Shown here in pieces: positions 17,962 to 27,315 of a stretch of DNA of 64,000 nt (positions are counted from its first letter, which is position 1; each line of letters opens with the position of its first letter). The translations under genes were made by a program, and so were the position numbers. Origin of the DNA: an uncultured Oscillibacter sp. (GTDB lineage Bacteria > Bacillota > Clostridia > Oscillospirales > Oscillospiraceae); the NCBI GenBank assembly GCA_910576845.1, contig CAJTJA010000001.1, positions 56,713 through 120,712 on the forward strand, written 5' to 3'. A model generated the notes under the pieces. It was not told where the DNA came from. It did not search any database and saw only the letters and a program-made list of their open reading frames with translations.

Positions 17962-19464
17962 GTGGGCGAATACGTAGTTGAGCTGAGAAACGTAACCAAA
18001 CGGTTTCCCGGCGTCGTGGCCCTGCACAACATGCAGCTGGCCGTGAAACCGGGCGAGATCCACGGATTGATCGGTGAGAACGGCGCGGGCAAATCCACGC
18101 TGATCAAGGTCCTCACCGGCGTTCACATGGCGGACGAGGGCGAGATCTATGTCCACGGCGAGAGGAAGGTTTTCAAGAATCCCAACGAGTCCGCCGCCGC
18201 AGGCGTCGCCTGCGTCTATCAGGAGCTGAACATCGAAAAGCTCCTCAGCGTGACCGATAACATCTTTATCAACAAGTGGACCAAGAAGGGCTTCCTTCTG
18301 GACTATGACTCCATGCACAAAAAGGCCGGGGATGTCATGAAATCCCTGGGCCAGGACATCGACCCCAGGAAGGCGGCGGGCTCCTTCGGCATGGGTGTTC
18401 AGCAGATGATCGAAATCGCGAAGGCGGTTTTGATTGACGCGAAGATGATCATTATGGACGAGCCGACCTCCTCCCTGGGCGAAAAAGAGGTCAAGCAGCT
18501 CATGACCACCTGCCGGGAGCTGAAGGCCCGGGGCGTGGGCATTCTCTTTGTCTCCCACAAGCTGGAGGAACTGTTCGAGCTCTGCGACCGGGTGACCGTC
18601 ATCCGGGACGGCGAGTTCATTGAGACCCGGGACATCAAGGACTGGGACAACGACTCCCTCATCACCGCCATGGTGGGCCGGACCCTGGAAAATCAGTTCC
18701 CCAAGGAGTTCGGGAAAAAGGGCGAGTGCATGCTGAAGATTGAGAACCTCTCCATCGGCGGCGTGCTGAAAAACGTCAGCCTGGAGGCTTACGGCGGTCA
18801 AATCCTGGGCATGAGCGGCCTGGTGGGCGCGGGACGGACGGAGACCGTCCGGGCCGTCTTCGGTGCAGACCCCATCGACGGCGGCAAAATCTACATCAAG
18901 GGCAAAGAGGTCAAGATCAAAAGTCCCAAGCAGGCCATCGCGGCGGGCGTCGCCCTGCTGACCGAGGACCGGAAGGGCCAAGGGCTGGTGCTTCAGGAGT
19001 CCATCCGCACGAACCTGGTGCTGGCCAGCCTGAAACGGCATGCCTCCGGGCTGTTCCTGGACGAAAAGCGCATCCAGGAAACCGGCGAGGGGCACATCAA
19101 GACCCTGCGGATCAAGACCCCCTCCATTGACGAAATCGTGGGCCAGCTCTCTGGCGGCAACCAGCAGAAGGTGGTCATCGGCAAGTGGCTCAACAGCGAA
19201 GCGGACATTTATATCTTCGACGAGCCCACTCGCGGCATCGACGTGGGCGCGAAGGTCGAGGTTTACAACGTTATGAACAGCCTGGTGAAGGCGGGAAAAT
19301 GCGTCATCATGATTTCCTCCGAAATGCCGGAAATCCTGGGCATGAGCGACCGGGTGGTCGTCATGCGGGGCGGCCGGGTCATGGCTACCGTAGACCGGGA
19401 CAGCAAGCACTTCAACCAGGAGGACATTATGAAAGCGGCTTGGGGAGGTAGTTTAGATGACTAA
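17962..19464 (+). CDS. sugar ABC transporter ATP-binding protein (RbsA-like, tandem domains)
   Basis: GENGAGKST, MDEPT, LSGGNQQK, DEPTRGIDVGAK. Confidence 0.95.
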   Translation: MGEYVVELRNVTKRFPGVVALHNMQLAVKPGEIHGLIGENGAGKSTLIKVLTGVHMADEGEIYVHGERKVFKNPNESAAAGVACVYQELNIEKLLSVTDNIFINKWTKKGFLLDYDSMHKKAGDVMKSLGQDIDPRKAAGSFGMGVQQMIEIAKAVLIDAKMIIMDEPTSSLGEKEVKQLMTTCRELKARGVGILFVSHKLEELFELCDRVTVIRDGEFIETRDIKDWDNDSLITAMVGRTLENQFPKEFGKKGECMLKIENLSIGGVLKNVSLEAYGGQILGMSGLVGAGRTETVRAVFGADPIDGGKIYIKGKEVKIKSPKQAIAAGVALLTEDRKGQGLVLQESIRTNLVLASLKRHASGLFLDEKRIQETGEGHIKTLRIKTPSIDEIVGQLSGGNQQKVVIGKWLNSEADIYIFDEPTRGIDVGAKVEVYNVMNSLVKAGKCVIMISSEMPEILGMSDRVVVMRGGRVMATVDRDSKHFNQEDIMKAAWGGSLDD

Positions 19465-20470
19465 GAAAAAGAGCGGGTCCGGGTTCCAAATGGGAACCCT
19501 GCTGGCCCTGGTAATCATGTGCGTGGTTTTGTCCATTGCGAACTCCAACTTCTACAGCTACAGCAACCTCATGGGCATTTTGAAGCAGACGGCCTTCAAC
19601 GCCTTCCTGGCGGTGGGCATGCTGCTCTGCCTGATCACCGCGGGTATCGACCTGTCCGTGGGCGCCAACGCCGTGTTCTGCGCCTGCGTCATGGGCGCTA
19701 TGAACAAGGCCGAAGTCACCAGCGGCGTGCTGATGATGGTGGTGGCCATCGTGGCCGGCGGCGCTGTGGGCTTCATCAACGGCGTCCTGTTGACCCGGCT
19801 GCACCTGCCCCATCCCTTTGTGTCCACCCTGGGCATGAAGAACGTCCTGTGGGGCATGGCCCTGCTGGTCACCGGCAGCCAGATCGTCAACAACTTCCCT
19901 GAGTCCGTCCAAATCCTGGGCAAGGCCACCATTAACGGCTTCCCTGTCAGCTTCATCGTGGTTATTATCCTGTACGTCATCATGCACTTCTTCCTCAGCC
20001 GCACGGCTCTGGGCCGCTCCATCTACTGCGCCGGCGGCAATATGGAGGCCACCCGCCTCTCCGGCATCAACACCGCCAACGTCCTGACCTTCTGCTACAC
20101 CATGAGCGGCGTCATGGCGGCCCTGGGCGGCATCGTCTCCGTGGGCCGCTCCGGCATCTGCAACGGCGCCAACGCAAATCTGCCCTATGATACCGACGCC
20201 ATCGCGGCCTGCATCATCGGCGGCGCCTCCTTCACTGGCGGCAAGGGCACCATGATCGGCACCATGCTGGGCGCGTTGATCATCGCGGTACTCCGGAACG
20301 GATTTGCCTTGATGTCCATCGACTCCGCGGGCCAGAATATCGTCCTGGGCTTGGTCATCATCCTGGCGGTCTTCATGGACGTGGTCCGGGCCGGCGTGGA
20401 GGCGAAGAACCGCCGTATGGCCGCCGCCGCCAAGCAGGAGGCCGAGGAGAAAGAAAAGGTCGCGAAGTAA
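19457..20470 (+). CDS. sugar ABC transporter permease (RbsC-like)
   Basis: GIDLSVG, PFVSTLG, GGN.EA.RLSGI, IAA.IIGG.S..GG.G. Confidence 0.94.
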   Translation: MTKKKSGSGFQMGTLLALVIMCVVLSIANSNFYSYSNLMGILKQTAFNAFLAVGMLLCLITAGIDLSVGANAVFCACVMGAMNKAEVTSGVLMMVVAIVAGGAVGFINGVLLTRLHLPHPFVSTLGMKNVLWGMALLVTGSQIVNNFPESVQILGKATINGFPVSFIVVIILYVIMHFFLSRTALGRSIYCAGGNMEATRLSGINTANVLTFCYTMSGVMAALGGIVSVGRSGICNGANANLPYDTDAIAACIIGGASFTGGKGTMIGTMLGALIIAVLRNGFALMSIDSAGQNIVLGLVIILAVFMDVVRAGVEAKNRRMAAAAKQEAEEKEKVAK

Positions 20471-21483
20471 TGGAAAAACTGAAAATCGGCGTAGTGGGTC
20501 TTGGACGCCTTGGCAAGGTTCATGCCCAGAATATCCGCTACAAAATTCCCGGCGCGGAGCTGACGGCAGCCTGTTCCATTGTTCCTGCCGAGCTGGAATA
20601 CGCGAAAACCGAGCTGGGCGTCACTGACGTCTACACAGACTACAAGGAAATGCTGGCGAAAGCCGACATTGACGCAGTGGTGATTGTCACTACCTCCTCC
20701 GAGCACTGCTGGCAGATCGAAGCCGCCCTGGACGCGGGGAAGCATGTCTTCTCCGAGAAACCCCTGGGCGTGGACGTGGCCCAGTGCAAGCAGGCGGAGG
20801 CCGCCGTGGAGCGGCACCCGGAGCTGACTTTCATGCTGGGCTTCATGCGGCGCTATGACAAATCCTATTCCTACGCCAAGGAGAAAATCGATGCCGGAGC
20901 CATCGGCACCCCCTATCTGGTGAAGGCCACCGGCATCGACCCGGAGGCTTTTGTGGACGGGGCTATCCGGTTCGCCAAAAACTCCGGCGGCATTTTCCTG
21001 GACATGGCCATTCACGACATCGACCTGATGCGCTGGTTCCTGGGCTGCGAGGCCACGGAGGTGTATGCCATGGGTTCCACCTTCAAGCATCCGGAGTTCA
21101 AGGAAGCCGGGGACGACGAAACCGGCGTGGCCGTCTACAAGTTTGAAAACGGCGCCATGGGCATGATTCATGTGGGACGGACGGCCCCCTACGGCTACCA
21201 TGTGGAAACCGAAATCGTGGGCACCGAGGGCACCATCCGCATCTCCGCCGTCCCGGAAAAGAACCAGGCCCGCCTGTACAACCAAAATGGTGTCTGCGCC
21301 GAATGCGTAGGCTCCTTCCCGGAGCGGTTTGAGGAAGCTTACCTTATTGAGGTGGAAGAGTTCGTAGACTGCGTGCTGAAGGGCAAGGCCCCCGGCGTCA
21401 GCGTCTACGACGGAACCAAATCCACTGCCATTGGATACGCCACCACGGAGGCATGGAAAACCGGCAAGGCCGTGAAAATCTGA
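20470..21483 (+). CDS. Gfo/Idh/MocA oxidoreductase, inositol 2-dehydrogenase-like
   Basis: GLGRLG, EKP, GFMRRYD, SGGIFLDMAIHDID. Confidence 0.88.
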   Translation: MEKLKIGVVGLGRLGKVHAQNIRYKIPGAELTAACSIVPAELEYAKTELGVTDVYTDYKEMLAKADIDAVVIVTTSSEHCWQIEAALDAGKHVFSEKPLGVDVAQCKQAEAAVERHPELTFMLGFMRRYDKSYSYAKEKIDAGAIGTPYLVKATGIDPEAFVDGAIRFAKNSGGIFLDMAIHDIDLMRWFLGCEATEVYAMGSTFKHPEFKEAGDDETGVAVYKFENGAMGMIHVGRTAPYGYHVETEIVGTEGTIRISAVPEKNQARLYNQNGVCAECVGSFPERFEEAYLIEVEEFVDCVLKGKAPGVSVYDGTKSTAIGYATTEAWKTGKAVKI

Positions 21484-21551
21484 TGCCCTCTTGAAAGAAC
21501 GTATTTTAAAAAGCTTTCCTGCACGCTGATGGTCTGAGAAAAATTTAAAGC

Positions 21552-21590
21552 AAAGCGGCGGCAACGAAGATGATTCGTTGCCGCCGTTTC
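21552..21590. terminator. bidirectional terminator
   Basis: aaagcggcggcaacga-loop-tcgttgccgccgttt between convergent genes. Confidence 0.7.
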
Positions 21591-21658
21591 ATCTTGATAA
21601 ATTGCCGGACTGCCGGAGCATGTGAAAGCTTTTTGATCCCTTTTTCTCGAAAAAAGAA

Positions 21659-22240
21659 CTAGGCGGAGCGGATTACGTCTTTGTTCTTCGCGAAGTACTC
21701 CACGCCGGAATATAGGGTCGTCAGGGTGATGATCCACACGCAGGCCGTGTCAATCCACGAAATATAGCGGTCCCAAGGCACGGCGGTCAGATATCCCCCT
21801 GCCCGGTAAGCGGCCTGGGAGGGCCCCAGCAGCAGCATCACCGCAATGCAGACCATAGTGGAGGCGGTCTTCACCTTTCCGGACCACCCGGCGGCAATCA
21901 CCCGCCCGTTGTCCGAGGCAATCATCCGCAGGCCGCTGACGGCGAACTCCCGGGTAACGACAATCATCAGCATCCAAGCAGACATGCGGCCGCACTCCAC
22001 AAACCACAGCAGCGCCGCTACTACCAGGATTTTATCCGCCAGAGGATCGGCGAACTTTCCAAAATCCGTGACAAGGTTGTATTTCCGTGCAATTTTCCCA
22101 TCCAACATATCCGTCACGCTGGCGATGACAAAAATCGCCAGCGCCACGTAATCTGCGCCGGGAAATCCCCAGTACAGCACCGCAAGAAATACCGGCGCCA
22201 GAACGATGCGGAGCATGGTCAATTTGTTGGGCAGATTCAT
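21659..22240 (-). CDS. pgsA: CDP-diacylglycerol--glycerol-3-phosphate phosphatidyltransferase
   Basis: MNLPNKLT.LR, D..DG.IARK...T.FGK..DP.ADK. Confidence 0.95.
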   Translation of the reverse strand: MNLPNKLTMLRIVLAPVFLAVLYWGFPGADYVALAIFVIASVTDMLDGKIARKYNLVTDFGKFADPLADKILVVAALLWFVECGRMSAWMLMIVVTREFAVSGLRMIASDNGRVIAAGWSGKVKTASTMVCIAVMLLLGPSQAAYRAGGYLTAVPWDRYISWIDTACVWIITLTTLYSGVEYFAKNKDVIRSA

Positions 22241-22527
22241 AAATCTTCCTCCTCAGGATAGGCCTTGTCTTTCCAATACCACCACTTCAGCTTCTCGGGT
22301 TCCCGTCTTTGATGGTCCGCGTAGTACACCGCCGCCCGCCAGACATAGAGGGCACAGCGGTCTTCTTGATAGCCCTTCATCAGACATTCCCGAAGATACA
22401 GCTCCTCCGGAACCTGCCCCCGGAGGTCGGAAATCTGGCGAATGTCCAAAGCCTCCATAACGGCGGCAGTTCGGTCCCCCACCCCGGGAATCTCAGTCAG
22501 GGGACTCCGTTTCCCAGCAGCCTTCAT
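22237..22527 (-). CDS. HhH / Cdd1 ('pathogenicity locus') family small protein
   Basis: L..IPGVG, DLRG..PEELY, DRC.LYV.R.AVYYA, WW.WKD. Confidence 0.75.
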   Translation of the reverse strand: MKAAGKRSPLTEIPGVGDRTAAVMEALDIRQISDLRGQVPEELYLRECLMKGYQEDRCALYVWRAAVYYADHQRREPEKLKWWYWKDKAYPEEEDL

Positions 22528-23849
22528 TCCGCCTGTTCTCCGGTAAGCTCACCATCCATCACGCCGGTCAGGCGGACCGTGACAAAGGTTCCCGGATCGC
22601 ACTCCCCGTTCGCTGTGAACCAAATTCGCCCATCAATCTCCGGGGATTCGGCATAACTCCGGCCATAGAACATCTGGGCCTGGCCGTCGAAGCCCTCACA
22701 GAGCAGTTCCCGCTCCTCCCCCAGGACGGATTCATTGTATTCATCAATAATATCCGATTGCACATCCACGGCCACCTCCGCCCGGCGGGCGGCCTCGGCA
22801 GCGTCCACATGCTCCATCCGGGCCGCCCGAGTTCCGTCTTCAGGGGAGAAGGGGAAGACCCCGGCCCGCTCAATTTTCTGCTCCCGAAGGAATTCGCATA
22901 GCTCCTCAAACTCCGCTTCCCCCTCTCCGGGAAGCCCGGCAATGAGGCTGGTCCGCAAAACCAGGCCAGGAATCCGGGCTCGAAGGGTCTGAAATAAAGA
23001 ACGGATTGATTCCTTGGTATCCCTGCGATTCATGGCCTTCAGGATGCTGTCGCTGCAATGCTGAATAGGAATATCCAAATAGGGCAGAACTTTGCCTTCC
23101 GACGCGATGGTATCAATAAGCTCCTCTGTAATTTCGTCTGGGTAGAGATAATGAAGGCGTATCCAATGGAAATCCAGCTTGCACAGCTCCCGCAGGAGGG
23201 CGGCCAGCTGGTGTTCCCCATTCAAATCCGTGCCATAGCGGGTAATGTCCTGGGCAATGACCAGCAGCTCCTTCACCCCGGCGGAGGCCAGCTCCGCCGC
23301 CTCATCCAGAAGCTCCCCCATAGGGCGGCTCCGGTATTTTCCCCGGAGGGAGGGAATTACGCAGTAGGCACAGTGATTATCGCAGCCCTCGGCAATGCGC
23401 AGATACGCATACCAGGGAGGAGTGGAGAGGATGCGGGGCCCGTTCTGGGGGGCCGTGTGAATGTTTCCCAAATGGCAGGGCCGGAGGCCCTGCTCCATTG
23501 CCTCCGTAATGGCCCCGGCAATGTCTCCATAGCTGCCGGTCCCCAGAATGCCATCGATTTCCGGCAGTTCCGCCAGAACGTCGGTCTGATAGCGTTGGGC
23601 CATACAGCCCGTAACAAGAATTTTTTTCAGCTTCCCCGCCTTTTTCAGCTCCGCCAGCTCCAGAATGCTGTCAATAGCCTCCTCACAGGCGGAGGCCAAA
23701 AAACCGCAGGTGTTTACCACCGCCACATCCGCCCCGGCAGGCTCGGAAACAATCTCATGGCCCGCCGCCTGAACCAGGGACATCATTTGCTCACAGTTCA
23801 CCTGGTTTTTGGCGCAGCCAAGGGAGATAAAGGATATTTTATGCGTCAT
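22524..23849 (-). CDS. rimO: ribosomal protein S12 methylthiotransferase
   Basis: SLGCAKN.V..E, NTCGF, CDNHCAYC radical SAM motif, SPEIDG TRAM domain. Confidence 0.95.
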   Translation of the reverse strand: MTHKISFISLGCAKNQVNCEQMMSLVQAAGHEIVSEPAGADVAVVNTCGFLASACEEAIDSILELAELKKAGKLKKILVTGCMAQRYQTDVLAELPEIDGILGTGSYGDIAGAITEAMEQGLRPCHLGNIHTAPQNGPRILSTPPWYAYLRIAEGCDNHCAYCVIPSLRGKYRSRPMGELLDEAAELASAGVKELLVIAQDITRYGTDLNGEHQLAALLRELCKLDFHWIRLHYLYPDEITEELIDTIASEGKVLPYLDIPIQHCSDSILKAMNRRDTKESIRSLFQTLRARIPGLVLRTSLIAGLPGEGEAEFEELCEFLREQKIERAGVFPFSPEDGTRAARMEHVDAAEAARRAEVAVDVQSDIIDEYNESVLGEERELLCEGFDGQAQMFYGRSYAESPEIDGRIWFTANGECDPGTFVTVRLTGVMDGELTGEQAE

Positions 23850-24100
23850 GATTTCCCCTCCTCCAGCGGAGCGCCCCGCCACGCTGGGTCAGCGGTAACA
23901 CCCAGCAGGTAATCCGTAGAAACATGAAAAAATTCCGCCAGAAGGACCAGCCTTTCAAAGGTGGTTTCCCGCGTTCCGTTTTCCATTGTGCAAATTGCCT
24001 TGTTAGAAACCCCTATGACTTCTCCCAACTGCTTTTGACTAAGACCCGCTTGTTTACGAAGAAGAGAAAGACGCTGATCAAATAATATTGCTTTTCTCAT
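23846..24100 (-). CDS. XRE family HTH regulator (cassette 2)
   Basis: F.QRL..LRK..GLSQKQL..VIGVS...I..ENG, LAEFF.VSTDYLLG. Confidence 0.88.
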   Translation of the reverse strand: MRKAILFDQRLSLLRKQAGLSQKQLGEVIGVSNKAICTMENGTRETTFERLVLLAEFFHVSTDYLLGVTADPAWRGAPLEEGKS

Positions 24101-24105
24101 AAAAA

Positions 24106-24157
24106 CCTCTTGACATTTTACGATTAGTAGATTATTGCAAAGTCTACTAATCGTAAA
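24106..24157. promoter_or_regulatory. TTGACA plus perfect 15-bp inverted repeat (candidate XRE operator)
   Basis: TTTACGATTAGTAGA (24117-24131) / TCTACTAATCGTAAA (24143-24157). Confidence 0.7.
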
Positions 24158-24179
24158 TCATAAAAGGAGCAAATAGACT

Positions 24180-24431
24180 ATGTTCGACATTTTAACGGCT
24201 GTTTTTCACGATGACCCCCTGCAATACGGAACCTCCTGCTACTTGAAGGAGCCGCAGACCACAGCCGAACGCCAGGTAAAAAGCCGCCTGGACGCCCTGG
24301 ACGCAGAAACGGCGAAAAAGCTGGAAACCTGCATCGAAGCGCTGGCGCAGGAGCAGGGAGAACAGGCCTTTCGTTCCGGCGCGCGCTTTGGCGCGCAGAT
24401 GATGGCGCAGCTTCTGGAGCCGCTCTCATAA
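24180..24431 (+). CDS. small hypothetical protein with QAFxxGxRxG motif (cassette 2)
   Basis: AAAGGAG RBS; C-terminal QAFRSGARFG similar to QAFLLGLRTG of 10922-11131. Confidence 0.75.
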   Translation: MFDILTAVFHDDPLQYGTSCYLKEPQTTAERQVKSRLDALDAETAKKLETCIEALAQEQGEQAFRSGARFGAQMMAQLLEPLS

Positions 24432-25061
24432 ATCGTCCAAAATGTCTTCCCCGGCCTCGTTTCCCAGCCGTCCCCATGCCGCTCTCACCTCATCCCAGCC
24501 GAATCCCCGGCGCAACAGGGCATTGGTAAGGCGGCGCTTCTCCTTCTCATCCGGCGCCCGGCCCCGGAGCTTGGAGGCAAGAAAAGCGTCTATCTGACCG
24601 CTGTTTTCAGGCAGCTCCTCCAAAGCTTCCTCCCACAGTTCCCTGGGCACACCTTTTTCATAGAGCTTTTCCTTTATGCGGGCAGGGCCGTAACCCATTC
24701 CGCCATAATGGCGGACCAGGGCCGCCCCATACTCCGCGTCATTAATTGCCCCTATGGCTTCCAGCCAATCGGCGGCATAGCGGGCGTCGGCCTCACTGGC
24801 CCCTTTTTCCTGCAATTTCCGCTCCAAATCCCGCCGGCTCATGGCCCGTTTTCCGATCAGATCGGCAGCGGCGGCCCGGGTGTTGGATATCCCCGCCGCT
24901 TCACGCAGGCGCTCTAATGTCTTCGTGTCCAGTTCATCCCCGGATCGGAAGCCAAAATCCAGCAGCTCCTGTTCCGTGACTTTCAGGCAGGCCCCATCCT
25001 CCAGAAAAACCAGTATGCGGCCCTTTTTGTGCCTGGAGGCTTCCATCCGCTCAATCCGCAT
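24426..25061 (-). CDS. recX: recombination regulator RecX
   Basis: follows recA; S..L..KL..KG, G.IND..Y, G..RI..L..KGV, L.RRGF. Confidence 0.9.
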   Translation of the reverse strand: MRIERMEASRHKKGRILVFLEDGACLKVTEQELLDFGFRSGDELDTKTLERLREAAGISNTRAAAADLIGKRAMSRRDLERKLQEKGASEADARYAADWLEAIGAINDAEYGAALVRHYGGMGYGPARIKEKLYEKGVPRELWEEALEELPENSGQIDAFLASKLRGRAPDEKEKRRLTNALLRRGFGWDEVRAAWGRLGNEAGEDILDDL

Positions 25062-26166
25062 CGCCGGAGTCGTCGAAATCGTCGGCGCTGACGTCCACCG
25101 CCCGTCCGGCAGCCTTGGCGGCCGCGCGGGACTGATTGCTCATGAGCTTGTCAAAGTTTTTGCGGATATCCGCCTCCAGCTTCTCCCGAATCTCCGGATT
25201 CTCCTGAAGATAGCGCTTCGCCGCATCCCGGCCCTGACCAATCCGGGTCTCTCCCATGGAAAACCAGGAGCCAGCCTTCTGCACCAGGTTCAGCTTCACG
25301 CCCAAATCGATGAGTTCGCCCTCCCGGGCAATTCCTTCGCCGTACATGATGTCAAATTCAGCCTCCCGGAACGGGGGGGCCATTTTATTTTTCACAACCT
25401 TCGCCCGGGTACGGCTGCCGATAATCTCGCTGCCGTTTTTCAGCGCCTCAACCCGGCGGACGTCAATCCGGACCGAGGCATAGAATTTCAGCGCTCTGCC
25501 TCCGGTGGTAACCTCCGGGTTGCCGTACATGACGCCGACCTTTTCCCGGAGCTGGTTGATAAAAATAACAATCGTGTTGGTCTTTCCGATGGCGCCGGTG
25601 AGCTTCCGCAGAGCCTGGCTCATCAGCCGGGCGTGAAGACCCACATAGCTGTCGCCCATCTCGCCTTCAATTTCCGCCCGGGGAACCAGCGCTGCCACGC
25701 TGTCCACAACAATCACGTCAATGGCTCCGGAACGGACCAGCGCCTCGGTAATCTCCAAAGCCTGTTCACCGGTGTCCGGCTGGGAAATCAACATATCTTC
25801 CACACGCACGCCCAAAGCGTGGGCATAAGTGGGGTCTAAGGCATGTTCCGCGTCTACAAAGGCCACCTCGCCTCCCCGCTTCTGAGCCTCAGCCACCACA
25901 TGGAGAGCCAGAGTCGTCTTGCCGGAGGACTCCGGCCCATAAATTTCAATAATCCGCCCCTTGGGCAGGCCTCCGATGCCAAGGGCCACGTCCAGTGCCA
26001 GAGAACCTGTGGGAATATACTCCACGTTCATCGCGGTCCGGTCTCCCAGGCGCATGATAGAGCCTTTTCCATACATTTTCTCGATCTGGCTCATGGCGCT
26101 GTCGATCGCTTTCTTCTTATCCGCCGCCGGCGCGGCGGCGGGCAGCGGCGCTTTGTCCTTTGCCAT
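25051..26166 (-). CDS. recA: recombinase A
   Basis: [38 protein letters not shown]. Confidence 0.99.
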   Translation of the reverse strand: MAKDKAPLPAAAPAADKKKAIDSAMSQIEKMYGKGSIMRLGDRTAMNVEYIPTGSLALDVALGIGGLPKGRIIEIYGPESSGKTTLALHVVAEAQKRGGEVAFVDAEHALDPTYAHALGVRVEDMLISQPDTGEQALEITEALVRSGAIDVIVVDSVAALVPRAEIEGEMGDSYVGLHARLMSQALRKLTGAIGKTNTIVIFINQLREKVGVMYGNPEVTTGGRALKFYASVRIDVRRVEALKNGSEIIGSRTRAKVVKNKMAPPFREAEFDIMYGEGIAREGELIDLGVKLNLVQKAGSWFSMGETRIGQGRDAAKRYLQENPEIREKLEADIRKNFDKLMSNQSRAAAKAAGRAVDVSADDFDDSGDAD

Positions 26167-26232
26167 GCAATTATCCTCCCAATATTTTTATGTAAGCCGG
26201 GAACCTGCCAATCATTTTACCTGCTTATCTGC

Positions 26233-26349
26233 TCAAAATCCGCTTTCAAACCGGCTCCTGATTACCATTCCGAGGATTCTCTCGGAAATACCGCCGCAGA
26301 CGCCGTCCACAATTTTCCCTCGGTTTATTTTATACAGTCTTTTCTCCAT
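26233..26349 (-). pseudogene. pspC: frameshifted, truncated PspC-domain gene
   Basis: AAGGAG RBS + ATG GAG AA, then in a shifted frame RLYKINRGKIVDGVCGGISE (PspC N-terminal motif); direct frame stops after 7 codons; TM half absent. Confidence 0.7.
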
Positions 26350-26364
26350 GGCAGTTTCTCCTTT

Positions 26365-27231
26365 TTAAATTTCCGCACAGAGCATGCCCAGCACAACTCT
26401 TGGAATCTTATGATGATCTTTTACAATCTGAATATCGCCGAAGCCCTGGCTGCGCATCAGCCGCAGAACCGCGTCCGCCTGTCCGGCGCCCACCTCAAAA
26501 TACAGCCTCCCGCCGGGAACCAGCGCCTCCCGCCAGTTCTGAATGATGGAACGGTAGAAATCCAATCCGTCAGTCCCGCCGTCCAGCGCCAGGCGGGGCT
26601 CATAGGCTCGAACAGACTTCCCTAGTCCGGCGATGTCCGCAGTCGGAATATACGGCGGGTTGCTCACAATGCATTGAAACTCCCCCAGAGACCGGGCAGG
26701 CTTTTCCAGCGCATCCATCTGAACAGGCATTACCCGGCTTGACAGGCCGTTCCGGCGGATATTCTGGCGGCAGATTTTCAGAGCGCTGTCGTCAATCTCT
26801 CCCAGCACTACCCTTGCCGAAGGGGCCTGGGAGGCGATGGCCAGACCGATGCAGCCGCTCCCGGCACACAGGTCCAGCACCCGGCACTCCCCCAATGCCT
26901 GTATGTACGCGATGGCCTGTCCGGCCAGCACCTCTGTGTCGGACCGGGGAATCAAGACATCCCGGGAGATATCCAATGGGAGGCCGTAAAACTCCCACTC
27001 ACCAATGAGATAGGCGACCGGCTCTCCTGCCATGCGGCGCTCAACCAGCTGGCGGACCTGGCCTTCCCGTTCCGGGGAAGCATAGAGGCGGCTGTCCCGG
27101 ATCAGCTCCTCCCGGCTCTTTCCGGTGCCGAAGCACACCAGCTCCCGCGCCTCCATCGTGGCCGCCTCTACACCACTCTCCCGGAGCTGCCGGCGGATGT
27201 CCAGATACAGGTCATTATATGTGATGGCCAC
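26365..27231 (-). CDS. prmC: release factor glutamine methyltransferase
   Basis: GEPVAYLIG..EFYG, VLIPR.DTE, LDLCAGSGCI, SNPPY. Confidence 0.95.
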   Translation of the reverse strand: MAITYNDLYLDIRRQLRESGVEAATMEARELVCFGTGKSREELIRDSRLYASPEREGQVRQLVERRMAGEPVAYLIGEWEFYGLPLDISRDVLIPRSDTEVLAGQAIAYIQALGECRVLDLCAGSGCIGLAIASQAPSARVVLGEIDDSALKICRQNIRRNGLSSRVMPVQMDALEKPARSLGEFQCIVSNPPYIPTADIAGLGKSVRAYEPRLALDGGTDGLDFYRSIIQNWREALVPGGRLYFEVGAGQADAVLRLMRSQGFGDIQIVKDHHKIPRVVLGMLCAEI

Positions 27232-27315
27232 AGTATCACCTCGCTTATTGTTGTGAGCTGGCGGCCCGCCATGGAGGCCATTTGACAAAAACCAAGGGGC
27301 GGGAAAAATTTTCCC

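Noticed and set aside
16645..19410. 921-aa minus-strand ORF, and other long antisense ORFs (782-2185, 3317-4666, 20185-21564, 28512-29867, 55838-57202)
   Set aside because: Shadow frames opposite well-supported genes with strong GC3 bias; no motifs or RBS
26167..26364. LexA (GAAC-N4-GTTC) box upstream of recA
   Set aside because: No convincing match seen; absence alone is not informative
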